From: a virus
Length of the DNA stretch: 64,000 nucleotides
Direction: 5' to 3' (one strand)
Virus record (IMG/VR): IMGVR_UViG_3300047409_000248
Span: 10,180 to 74,179 of that record
Part shown: positions 17,890 through 26,712 of the stretch, piece after piece
Numbering within the stretch: position 1 is the first letter of the stretch
How the letters are laid out: each line of letters begins with the position of its first letter
Translations under genes and position numbers: made by a program
The notes under the pieces: generated by a model
What the model saw: only the letters and a program-made list of their open reading frames with translations
Databases searched by the model: none
What the model was told of the DNA's origin: nothing

Positions 17890-19101
17890 TTACTTGTAAC
17901 TTACTGTCCTGCCATAGGGAGCTTTGGCGCCAGAGTTGGCCCAGTCTACCCAAACTACGGGAAACTCAGGCTGTGGACCAAAACTGGAGGTCATCATGTC
18001 CGTGAGGAAGATGCAGCCGATGACATCGGACATCTCACCAACGGTCTTCATAGCGGTATCGAAGTTAGTCCCACCACCACCACCAGCATTCCAGCCCTTC
18101 AGGTCTTCTGAGGACTTGGCTTCCAGTGTGTTCTGGATGCGGGTATCCACAGAGATAAGCGTGACATGGTTGATCAGGTTCTGATCCAGAAGGCTTGCAG
18201 CCTCCTCGCACATTTCTTGGATCATCTGCTGGCTGACTGAGCCAGAGACATCCAAGCACATGACCAGCTTGAACACCTTGTCATTTCCGTTCCCGGGAAA
18301 ATATTCATCATTCCCAAGGCGGCGCCGGTTGGGCCGTGTCCAAACGCGAGTGGTGTTGGACTTGGCATCGCGAGACATATCCCGGATCAGGTCTTTCCAA
18401 TCGATTTTCTCTTTCGGGAAAAGGTCTTGGATCAGACGCTGAAGATTACCGGGCATGGTACCGGGCGGGGATTTCTCGATAGCTCCCGCGACGGAATTCT
18501 TCCATTGGCGCTCGCCCTGTTCCTGTTCTTGCTCTGATGTCTCGTCAGAGAACATGGAGCCGGGCTTTTCTTGTTCTCCCTCTTGGCCCTCGCCTTCGCC
18601 TTCCCCGTCGCCATCTCCATCCTCAGGCTGGCCTTGACCCTGACCTTTGCCCTTCTGTTTCTGCTTCTGCTTTTCTTGTTTTTCTTCCTGCTGTTGCAGG
18701 AGTTCATAAACAGCCTCAGGTGATAGTTTGCTGAACTTATCATCCCTCAAAGCATCTTCAGGGAGCTTGAAATAGTCTTCCACGACCTTATTGGCCGGGA
18801 AAGAACAGGACTGGTTCCAGCGCTCCTCCTGACGATAGCGACGGCGGGAAACGTGCAACATCGCGCAATGCAGCACCGTCTTGAGCAGGATACCTTCCAG
18901 AAACTTGTCGGCTTCGCCATCTTCCACGAAATCAGGATTGTAAAAGATATCGATGCCGTTGGTCCAGACGGTTTGATGTTTCTTGCTCTCAATGATGTTT
19001 GCACCAAACAGGATTGATGCAAAGAACGGATTGCGCTTAGCCACGCGTTCCCGCGCTATAAGCATTCGTCGCATTGCAGTTGGTTTCAGAATGTTGAACA
19101 T
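17890..19101 (-). CDS. VWA-domain/metallopeptidase-like protein (DUF2201-type), partner of the MoxR AAA
   Basis: NPFF...T.WTNG..I.YNP; acidic/Gly linker; MIDAS DVSGS, GGGGT, FLTD; AGAGGGAAA RBS supports a start at 19101. Confidence 0.9.
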   Translation of the reverse strand: MFNILKPTAMRRMLIARERVAKRNPFFASILFGANIIESKKHQTVWTNGIDIFYNPDFVEDGEADKFLEGILLKTVLHCAMLHVSRRRYRQEERWNQSCSFPANKVVEDYFKLPEDALRDDKFSKLSPEAVYELLQQQEEKQEKQKQKQKGKGQGQGQPEDGDGDGEGEGEGQEGEQEKPGSMFSDETSEQEQEQGERQWKNSVAGAIEKSPPGTMPGNLQRLIQDLFPKEKIDWKDLIRDMSRDAKSNTTRVWTRPNRRRLGNDEYFPGNGNDKVFKLVMCLDVSGSVSQQMIQEMCEEAASLLDQNLINHVTLISVDTRIQNTLEAKSSEDLKGWNAGGGGGTNFDTAMKTVGEMSDVIGCIFLTDMMTSSFGPQPEFPVVWVDWANSGAKAPYGRTVSYK

Positions 19102-19169
19102 TGGTTTCCCTCTTTGAGCGAGATTGCTCAATACTGGAGTGGATTTCACCACTCCAGAGTTTAGCAATC

Positions 19170-20210
19170 TTATTTGCCGCTGCCTTCCAGCAACAACTCC
19201 TTGAGTTGCGGGATATTCGCAAGAGACTTATCCCGGCTCATGGCGTCATGAACGCACATGGAAGCGACATCCGGCAACAGTCTTGCCAGATATTTGGCGA
19301 ACTGCGCCGCGTTCTTGGCCGTCATGTTGCGAGCGATGGTGCCGCCCATCAGATACTGAAAGTGAGCATCTGCGGGAAGCTTGGCCTTGACCGGATCAGC
19401 TAAGATATCCGCGATCTTCGGCAGTCCTGCTGCCAAGCGATCAAGGAAACTCTCGAACTGACGGCTAAAACCCTCGCCCAAGATAGCCAGCGCCGCGTTG
19501 CCCAGAACCGTTTTCAGGGTTTTCTGGTCCAGTCCCAGCGCATCACTATCCTTAAGAACCTTATTGAAGTTCTCAAGACTGCGCGGCGTTGGAAATGCAG
19601 CATGATTGACATCCACCTTATGGACCAACTCAGGACGAAGCTGGAGAAACGCGATCAGGCGCTTGTCCCAGCCCCATTCCTTGGTCTTTTCGATGAAGCC
19701 CGGCTCATCTACTTCCACAAGGATATGCGCCATGCGATTTTCAAGAGGCTTGAGCATCTTGTTATCGCCACCACCATCCTCGCGGGTATTGGAGCCCAGA
19801 ATGATCCGGTTCTGCTTGGGAAGCGGATAGCCGCCGCAAGACCGATCCAGAACCAACTGGTAAGTCATCTGCTGAAGCTGGACGCTGGCATGACCGAATT
19901 CGTCATAGAACATGACGTGCATATTGTCGTCTTCTTCCGGGACGAACGCGGGCCGCGTCCAGTATGTGGCCATCTTCTCGCGGTCAATCAGCGGCATGCC
20001 CGTGCCATCCACAATATCCTTTGTGGAAAGCCTAGTGTCATGCAAACGAGACTGGGGACCAAAATCACTCCTGACCTTGGTCATGATCTCGGTATTGATG
20101 ACCGCAGACTTGCCGACGCCCGTTGGTCCCTTGATCATTACCGGAACGTTGGCGTGGATCAGGGGATACGCGACTTCGGCAAGCTTGGTAATTTTGCACT
20201 TTAACATCAA
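19170..20210 (-). CDS. MoxR-like AAA+ ATPase
   Basis: GPTGVGKS; MFYDEF; YQLVLDR; LENR; FPTPRS. Confidence 0.9.
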   Translation of the reverse strand: MMLKCKITKLAEVAYPLIHANVPVMIKGPTGVGKSAVINTEIMTKVRSDFGPQSRLHDTRLSTKDIVDGTGMPLIDREKMATYWTRPAFVPEEDDNMHVMFYDEFGHASVQLQQMTYQLVLDRSCGGYPLPKQNRIILGSNTREDGGGDNKMLKPLENRMAHILVEVDEPGFIEKTKEWGWDKRLIAFLQLRPELVHKVDVNHAAFPTPRSLENFNKVLKDSDALGLDQKTLKTVLGNAALAILGEGFSRQFESFLDRLAAGLPKIADILADPVKAKLPADAHFQYLMGGTIARNMTAKNAAQFAKYLARLLPDVASMCVHDAMSRDKSLANIPQLKELLLEGSGK

Positions 20211-20271
20211 GGTTTTCCCTCTTGTAGAGCAGGATTGCTCAATAATGGGCTGGGATTAGCCAGCCCATAGT

Positions 20272-20451
20272 TTAGCAAACTGGTATCTTGAGACTTTTAG
20301 AGAAGCCATCGAGCTTTACTATTAGCTCATTGGCTTCTTTATGATAGCCAGCGCAGAAAGACCACCAATTGATCTCTGCGATGGCTTCCGCAATTACTCG
20401 GCGAGTAATCTCTATATCGTCTTGTTGCGGATCGCCTTGACCATAAGCCAT
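20272..20451 (-). CDS. Small hypothetical protein (59 aa, not in ORF track)
   Basis: MAYGQGDPQQDD...; GAGGAGG RBS; its stop lies in the base of an RNA element. Confidence 0.55.
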   Translation of the reverse strand: MAYGQGDPQQDDIEITRRVIAEAIAEINWWSFCAGYHKEANELIVKLDGFSKSLKIPVC

Positions 20452-20619
20452 TTAGTGGCCCTCCTCATTTGGAGATTTGTGTAAACGCGTGACTGAAGCA
20501 ATCAACGCGATTGCCATGCCAAGCGCATACAGGATGAACAAGATTTCCATATTCCCTCTATCTCGCACTTTCTACAAAGCACGTTTATTGGGCGATTTTA
20601 TGGCGCCCAATAGACTTAC

Positions 20620-21540
20620 TCAGAGATCGTATTCTGCTGCTTCTGCAACCATCTCAGACACTTCAAGATCAAGAGTGTCCAATTCCACGACTTTGGCTAG
20701 GATATCTTTGCCGCGAATAATAGCGTCTTTACGGGAATAGGAACTATCCCGCAATTCACTGGCGGTAAGATGTCCCAATCTTGCAATCGACCGCGCTAGC
20801 AGTTTGATGTCTTCACTCTCAGTAATATTCATATCCCTGAGAAGTTCTGATATCTCCCTGCAATTGTTCACAAGACTATCGCGGATCAGCTTGCCATCGG
20901 CTGTTGATTTATAGCTCTCCAACCTATCGACAAATATCCCCACGATTTCCTTGGCGCGGTTTACCATGGTCATGGCGGCCTCTTTCAGCCTCGTTTCAAT
21001 CTCCAGCGACATCTGGCTGGTCGCTTGCGCTACAGCCTCTTTCGCTATGTCAGCCACGAAATGGCCGGTTGAAGGCATTGGCCAATACGTGAGCTTGAAC
21101 CGGAACATATCCTTTGCCTTGTTGGGACTGGGATATTCAGTGCGATCAAACAAATCGCCTAGTTCTCGCTCGCTATCGGCTATCAGTGCAGGATAAACTT
21201 GCAAATACTCATCCCATGCCAAGCGTAATTCGTGCTCAGCATCTGAGATTTTCCTTGTGAATTCATCATGCACCGCGACCGGAAGCAATCTGGTTTTGTC
21301 ATCGCCCCATGGTAGAGAGTATTTGTAAACAATTTCGCGTACCCTCTGCGATGCAGCAACAACGGCTTTGACCTTGGCATGCCTACGGTCGATAAGGAAC
21401 TTGCTGGCTTTTGCGCGCCGGTCATGAAGATTGAACTTTCTTTCCACATATCCGGTTGCTGTCTTGTCGCGCCGTTCACCCAGCAATCCGCCATTTATAA
21501 TGGTCACAGAAACAAGCATTGCAGATTTGGCTAGGTCCAT
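20620..21540 (-). CDS. DUF3150-like protein accompanying AAA/VWA genes
   Basis: LAKSAMLVSVTI...K.L...Y.Y.LPW.D...RLLP...LGDLFDRTEYPS...F. Confidence 0.8.
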   Translation of the reverse strand: MDLAKSAMLVSVTIINGGLLGERRDKTATGYVERKFNLHDRRAKASKFLIDRRHAKVKAVVAASQRVREIVYKYSLPWGDDKTRLLPVAVHDEFTRKISDAEHELRLAWDEYLQVYPALIADSERELGDLFDRTEYPSPNKAKDMFRFKLTYWPMPSTGHFVADIAKEAVAQATSQMSLEIETRLKEAAMTMVNRAKEIVGIFVDRLESYKSTADGKLIRDSLVNNCREISELLRDMNITESEDIKLLARSIARLGHLTASELRDSSYSRKDAIIRGKDILAKVVELDTLDLEVSEMVAEAAEYDL

Positions 21541-21810
21541 TTGAATGTTTCCCTCTTATAGAACGCTCGTTTGGCGCTCATCACTGAGGCTCTAAAGCCT
21601 CAGGACATGAACGTCATTTCTCAACCATGAGAAAGGTGGCTTTCCCATCCGATATTTGGATTATCCCGAGTTTATCGGGATGATCGAATACTTCAGCGCT
21701 ATCTGGGTTGATCCAGGTTCGCTCAAATGCCGTCCAGCTAGCAGCTAGCAATCCTCCGATGAAAGCTAATTCGGCCTCTTTTGTCTCGAAAGACAGTTGA
21801 TAGGCTATCA

Positions 21811-22209
21811 TCAGTGCAGTGTCTTGCCGTCTTTGCGCGGAGATTTCTGCACACCACAATCGCAAATATGATCGTGGCATTGGTCCGCTACCATTCCGAA
21901 ATTATCCTCGCTGATATGGCCCATTTGCGCGGCCATGATCATGAAAGGTCTGATTGCTTCAATGGGCAATCCGATGGCTTTGCGAATTCGCTTTGCCTTG
22001 AAGATGGCATACTTGCCAACCTTAGTCGGAGCTTCGTCCATCTGCTTGGTTTCAGCGAAAAACGGCATGATAAGAAGATACCGCCAGAAGGTTTCCGCGT
22101 TGCTTTCCCATTGCGGGAAAAACTCAGCCAGCTTGCGCTTGCTGAAAGTCACACCATTGACCCTGAAGGCCGCCGATGTCTCGTTACATTCGATGCACAT
22201 GACAGGCAT
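21811..22209 (-). CDS. Hypothetical protein with Cys/His motifs
   Basis: AAGAGGGAG RBS; CIEC...CHDHICDC. Confidence 0.65.
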   Translation of the reverse strand: MPVMCIECNETSAAFRVNGVTFSKRKLAEFFPQWESNAETFWRYLLIMPFFAETKQMDEAPTKVGKYAIFKAKRIRKAIGLPIEAIRPFMIMAAQMGHISEDNFGMVADQCHDHICDCGVQKSPRKDGKTLH

Positions 22210-22485
22210 GGTTAAATCTCCCTCTTGTAGAGCATAATGCTCTATGCTGCGCTACGTGATTTGTACATAGCGCAGTGAAGAACATTAGACATATTCGTGG
22301 AATTGCGTTCCGTATTGCTCCGCGACCTGTTCTTTGGTCAGCGGTGGATTGCGCTTTTCGTGGATCATCTGCTTATAATTGAGCGCATAGTAAGTCACCC
22401 AATTAGCTGCATGTGGATATCCTACCATTTGGAACGGCGTCCTTGGCCGCTTCAGAAGGCGCGATATGGGCGTAGGTTGGCCATT

Positions 22486-22761
22486 TTAATGGCCCTCCTC
22501 AAACGTATCCACAAGCTCAAAACCGGCCTCATCAAGCTCCATCGTCATATATGTTATGGGCTGGTTGATGGTTTCGGCATAAGCTTTGACGGTTTGATCT
22601 GGCGCGCAGAATATTTCATCTGCCGCTGTTTCCAGCAGTTGTTGATTTTTAATGAACCAACCAGCGCCAGCGATTTCAGCCTCATCGCGGTTTTTGGCTT
22701 CCACCTCAATCTCAATTCCGATTGCTGCGGAGGCTTCAAAATGCACTTTAAATTTTGGCAT
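22486..22761 (-). CDS. Hypothetical phage protein
   Basis: MPKFKV...IEVEAKNRDEAEI.A; AAGAGGGAAAA RBS. Confidence 0.7.
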   Translation of the reverse strand: MPKFKVHFEASAAIGIEIEVEAKNRDEAEIAGAGWFIKNQQLLETAADEIFCAPDQTVKAYAETINQPITYMTMELDEAGFELVDTFEEGH

Positions 22762-22999
22762 GGTTTTCCCTCTTATTGAGCGTAATGCTCATCACTGAAG
22801 CCCGTAAGCTTCAGGACATGAGCACTAGATAAAACAGGCTATGATAAAGCCTATACTGCCAAAGCCTATTGTAAGGGTCAGGCAGTCAAAGATTGCAGTG
22901 CGGAATTCCGCTTCTTCCTGCGTCATGATATGAGCCATATCATTCCTGCGGCCCAGAGCGCCATATAGACGCCCCAGAACGCAACCAGATATTTGTCAA

Positions 23000-23194
23000 T
23001 CATGAGCTAACCCATGATGCGCCGCAGGCCAGATAGAATTGCTCCGCGTGAAAGTTGGCATTGGTATCGCCAAGCCGGTCAGCGAAAGCCTTTGCGACTT
23101 TCTGCTTTTCAGCTTGTTCGATGTCCAAGCCATCAATCGTTGCGGCAATCAACTCGAAATGCCGTCGCTGCATTGATGTTTGATGTCTTGCCAT
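23000..23194 (-). CDS. Small conserved phage early protein
   Basis: MQRRHFELIA..I...VA.AFAD.L...N.NF....F..ACG; AAGAGGGAAAA RBS. Confidence 0.75.
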   Translation of the reverse strand: MARHQTSMQRRHFELIAATIDGLDIEQAEKQKVAKAFADRLGDTNANFHAEQFYLACGASWVSS

Positions 23195-23261
23195 GGTGTT
23201 TTCCCTCTTGAAGCTTAAGCGCTTCGTGCTGCACCTATTGCTAGGTGCAGTGTCGAAAAGC

Positions 23262-23510
23262 TTATTCTGCGGCTTGCAATTCACGCGTGCTGCGCTTGAT
23301 GGCAGCCCGAACCGAATTCAACGCTCCGAAAACCTTGGATTTAATTTCCTTGTTTCCGATTGCGTTGGCATGCGGCCAAGCGAGTTCAAGCGCAGTCTTT
23401 GCAGCGCCGAATTCACCGTTGCGGATAAGACGCTCTGCGGTAGAAAGATGCAGGGTCAACGTGACTTTGTGACTGTCGCGCTCTGCATCGTTCAATTGCC
23501 TTTTTGCCAT
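23262..23510 (-). CDS. Helical hypothetical protein
   Basis: AAGAGGGAAA RBS; lies between two RNA elements. Confidence 0.7.
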   Translation of the reverse strand: MAKRQLNDAERDSHKVTLTLHLSTAERLIRNGEFGAAKTALELAWPHANAIGNKEIKSKVFGALNSVRAAIKRSTRELQAAE

Positions 23511-23571
23511 GGTATTTCCCTCTTAGAGCGGAATGCTCTATGACGCTCTCCGTAGAGAGCGCTTAGAACAC

Positions 23572-23751
23572 TCAATCAGCGTCGTCAGTCTTGAGCGGGG
23601 AAGCGTAGTAATATTGTTCGTTCTTTGCGTACAGGAACGCTCCGAGCTTGACGACTTTAACGCCGCCGCGCTTAAGCGCCACTTCCATCGTATCGCCTTC
23701 AGCCATACGAATAGGAGATTTAACCGCCCAAACCTTTGCAAATTGTGCCAT
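23572..23751 (-). CDS. Small hypothetical protein (59 aa, not in ORF track)
   Basis: MAQFAKVWAVKSPIRMAEGDTMEVALKRGG...; AGAGGGAAAA RBS; bounded by two RNA elements. Confidence 0.7.
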   Translation of the reverse strand: MAQFAKVWAVKSPIRMAEGDTMEVALKRGGVKVVKLGAFLYAKNEQYYYASPLKTDDAD

Positions 23752-23823
23752 GTGTTTTCCCTCTCTTGAAGCAAAATGCTTCGTGCTGGAGAGTGGTTAA
23801 GCTCTCCAGTGTCGAAACACTCG

Positions 23824-24333
23824 CTAAAGACAAGCGCCAGCTTTGATCCGGAAGCGAGCGGAACTAAATCCGCCAGATACAGGGTCAGTGATTACCAGTT
23901 GACCGTCCTGGCGAAGCATCCAATTTCCGCTGTGCAAATCGCCGCTAAGATTGTTACGGCGAAGTTCAGCGACATATTCAACGATATCCGTTGCTTCGCA
24001 TTGGCCGCGATTAAAGATATTATTGAAGACACGCGCTTGTGCTGTTCTAGCACCATGTTCGTATTTGAGTTCACTCATGGTGCAGATAAGGCGTTCCATG
24101 ATAGCCACGTAAAACTCATCATGGAATTTCAGGCTGTAGACCTTGGGAGCGAATTTCCCAGCGTGGCCGTTATTCGTGGCCCATTGGATATAGGAAGGCC
24201 ATTCGTCCAGTTCCCCAACCTTAATCACCTTATCGAAGGCGTTAGGAATGGAGTAAACCTTGGAATAAAGGCCGCTCCCTATCTGGAGACATCCAAGCTC
24301 TGCCAGTCTTGCCTGATATTCGCGTTGGTTCAT
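23824..24333 (-). CDS. Minimal Ser/Thr protein kinase-like protein
   Basis: IGSGLYSKVY (Gly loop), VIK, MERL, DLHSGN (catalytic loop), VITDP. Confidence 0.85.
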   Translation of the reverse strand: MNQREYQARLAELGCLQIGSGLYSKVYSIPNAFDKVIKVGELDEWPSYIQWATNNGHAGKFAPKVYSLKFHDEFYVAIMERLICTMSELKYEHGARTAQARVFNNIFNRGQCEATDIVEYVAELRRNNLSGDLHSGNWMLRQDGQLVITDPVSGGFSSARFRIKAGACL

Positions 24334-24421
24334 GGTGGTTTCCCTCTCTATGGCAGTTGAAAATTGCCTAACCGGCTAGACTAAACGCCTAGCCGAAATA
24401 ATGTGCTGAGGTATTCTAATA

Positions 24422-24637
24422 CTAAGCTCCGATACGCCATATGTCAGAAGTGACATTATGGTGGTCGATTGCGCCGCATGATTTAAGCCCGGCTTTCACC
24501 GGGATACGAAAATCGTTTGGCCTTGTTTTCCATGTCTGAGTTTTGCCATTGCGGCGGCATTTCCAATAGTTCCCGTTGCCCATACGGGCATAAAGCGAAC
24601 CATTGTCCAATGCCGTTTCAAGTGCTTCCTTTGTCAT
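24422..24637 (-). CDS. Small conserved phage protein, first gene of the putative early operon
   Basis: W.CRRNGKTQTWKTRP.DFRIPVK.GL motif; AAGAGGGA RBS. Confidence 0.75.
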   Translation of the reverse strand: MTKEALETALDNGSLYARMGNGNYWKCRRNGKTQTWKTRPNDFRIPVKAGLKSCGAIDHHNVTSDIWRIGA

Positions 24638-25354
24638 GGTATGTAATCCCTCTTTCGGCTAAATTGCCTAATAGCTAAAGAGGCTTAGCAGGGTAGGAAG
24701 TCGGAAAATGAATTCCGGCTAACCACACTGCCAAGCCTCTAAAGCCAAAAAGCCAGCTTTCTAGGGCTAGCTGGTAGTAGAGAGAAAAGGGTATGGAACA
24801 GCTTGTTACGGCTGTTCCCCATGTTGCCAAGTGCAATGCTTGGTATCATCCCCCCATGCCAACCTGCTCAATGAGACTTACGGCGCGATCCGGGGATAGG
24901 TAGCTTATGACGACCAGACGATGCTGGCGCTACTGTCCCGCCTTGCTAGGCAATGGAAAGAGGAGTTTTAGGCGTTCTAGCCCGATTTTTATCCCCGCCA
25001 TGGTTACTCTCGCTCCGCTACACGGGAACGCTATGCCCCTATCGCGTAAGCTACCCTAGCCATAGTCCAGAAAGGGAAATTGCTCGCAAGTATTGCCTAA
25101 TGAGGGCTGGATCGCTGGAGGTTGTCTGTCCCTCCTTGGACGGCATATGGCGCTTGCTACGCCTGCCGGGACTAGGGCCTAATCGACCTAGTGGCTGAAT
25201 GCGCTCTATCAAATCTCCATCTCGTTAACCTGAGATAAAGATACGCCTTTGTAGCAATCCAGTTAGTGGGTTAGACGCATGGCTGGTATGCGCTGAGATC
25301 ATAACGCTTGCTAAGTGTAGCTAATCAATGCATTATTGCATGGCAGGTATGCAC

Positions 25355-25666
25355 ATGACGCAGCAATGCTCTAATTGCCAATCAATCCACGATGCATCTG
25401 GGCGCTACTGTAAGCCTTGCCGAGCGGCTTATATGCGAAATTATCGCCGCATCAATCCTGCCAAGCCATCGCACGAGCAACGCTCTAAAGCCATCTGTAG
25501 GGCTACCGCTAACGTCTACAAACGTAGAGGCAAGATAACCCTAGAACCATGTGAGCATTGCCTAGCTGATAAAGTCGAAATGCATCATGACGACTATACC
25601 AAGCCCCTAGTCGTCAGGTTCCTATGTGTCCCATGCCATAGGGCGCTGCATTATCCCGGACCATGA
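25355..25666 (+). CDS. HNH-like Zn-ribbon protein
   Basis: CSNC...CKPC; CEHC...MHHDDYTKPLVVRFLCVPCH; paralogue of 5407..5874. Confidence 0.75.
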   Translation: MTQQCSNCQSIHDASGRYCKPCRAAYMRNYRRINPAKPSHEQRSKAICRATANVYKRRGKITLEPCEHCLADKVEMHHDDYTKPLVVRFLCVPCHRALHYPGP

Positions 25667-25699
25667 ATAACGGGCGAAAGGGTAAGGCAATCGACCTCC

Positions 25700-26000
25700 C
25701 TCGCGTTGTTCCACGTGTAACCCACATGCACATGCGAGTCATTCGCATATAGCCACATGCGAACCACTAGCAACAAGCCTCATGCCAATGAGATATGCAC
25801 ATAGCGCATAGACCCATGCGTGCTAAGCATATGATATTCCACAAGTTCCCACCCCCTCCCCCATGCATAGCAGCTAGCTCATCCAGATAAGAACAGTTCG
25901 CATCAAGCCTCATGCCAAGCACCTATGCACTACAGCATTGCACCTATGCGCCCATAGGAGGGCTAGTCGATAATGATAGTCATTCGCAAAAGGGTACCTT
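25700..26000. repeat. Non-coding region with short direct repeats
   Basis: CAAGCCTCATGCCAA at 25774 and 25904; AGTCATTCGCA at 25737 and 25978; many CATG/GCAT/CATA motifs. Confidence 0.6.
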
Positions 26001-26158
26001 GGGGTCGGCCAACCCGCCTATAGGATCGCCCCGCCCAGTCGGAGCCTTCTCGGCCATTCGACCTTTATGTAAAATTTTATAGAAGACCCTTCTTGTATCG
26101 TAAGCGGTGTAAGCATATCCTGTAAGGATTGTAAGTACTGCATGTAAGGGAGCGTAAT

Positions 26159-26521
26159 ATGGATACTGAGACCATTAGAATGGCTATAGCTAGGGTGAGG
26201 CGTGGCTCTACTAACCGTGATGTTTTGGACGTTTGTGATTTTGCGGAAAAATGTTTGGGCTCGAAACCCAAGTTGTCCGAGCTTGAGCGTAAGGAGAAGG
26301 AGCGGGAGTATATGAAGGGGTATCGAGCTAGGCTGAGAATGAAGAGGCTGGCCAAGGAGGGGGATCGTATTGAGCAACGATCCTTGGTCAGGGCGGTGAA
26401 GGATGGGAAGCTGGAGACGATAGACCGGATACGGCGGATGGTGGCGGACCAGCAGGCGCTGGCATCGGTTCCCCGGTTCCCCAAGGATGAGGACGATCCC
26501 AATCCATTTGAGGAGGGTTAG
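26159..26521 (+). CDS. Hypothetical basic protein
   Basis: GGGAG RBS; REYMKGYRAR; ends PNPFEEG. Confidence 0.65.
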   Translation: MDTETIRMAIARVRRGSTNRDVLDVCDFAEKCLGSKPKLSELERKEKEREYMKGYRARLRMKRLAKEGDRIEQRSLVRAVKDGKLETIDRIRRMVADQQALASVPRFPKDEDDPNPFEEG

Positions 26522-26712
26522 ATGGCGACGGTAAAGAAGGGGATACTGAGCAGGGCTCAGGAATGGTGGAAGCATTTGAGGGGGACCAAGCGTCCTTTCT
26601 GGAAGAGGGAGAGGAAGGCGGCGAAGCGGGATATTTCCAAAAGACTGTCTGAATAAGAACACAATCTGTACCTAGAGTGTGATCGGGTTAGGCCACATTA
26701 GAGAGGAGGTGT

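Larger units (their letters stand above)
19102..24750 (-). promoter_or_regulatory. Array of about 11 intergenic structured RNA elements (RNase III-like hairpin + alternative hairpin + AGAGGGAAA RBS)
   Basis: Copies at 19102-19170, 20211-20280, 20551-20620, 21541-21614, 22210-22287, 22762-22826, 23195-23264, 23511-23574 and 23752-23824; variants at 24334-24400 and 24638-24750; covarying stems; UACG and GCAA tetraloops on the minus strand. Confidence 0.8.

Noticed and set aside
19102-19167. Track start of the VWA gene at 19167 (and similar extended starts at 23284 and 4890)
   Set aside because: The extensions run through RNA elements or upstream genes; RBS or coupling supports 19101, 23194 and 4764.
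21541-22826. Hammerhead ribozyme reading of two RNA elements (GUC-stem-UGAUGA...GAAA)
   Set aside because: C3 of CUGAUGA is missing, stem II is not followed directly by GAAA, and the other copies lack these bases.
19102-24750. Early-operon hairpins as intrinsic terminators or a CRISPR-like array
   Set aside because: There is no U-tract after the stems on the coding strand. Structure rather than sequence is conserved, and the intervals are whole genes, not uniform spacers.
24953-25198. 81-aa plus-strand ORF
   Set aside because: No RBS or recognisable motif; it lies within the structured non-coding region.
26018-26662. Long minus-strand ORFs (214 and 141 aa)
   Set aside because: Shadow frames of the G/A-rich plus-strand gene 26159-26521.
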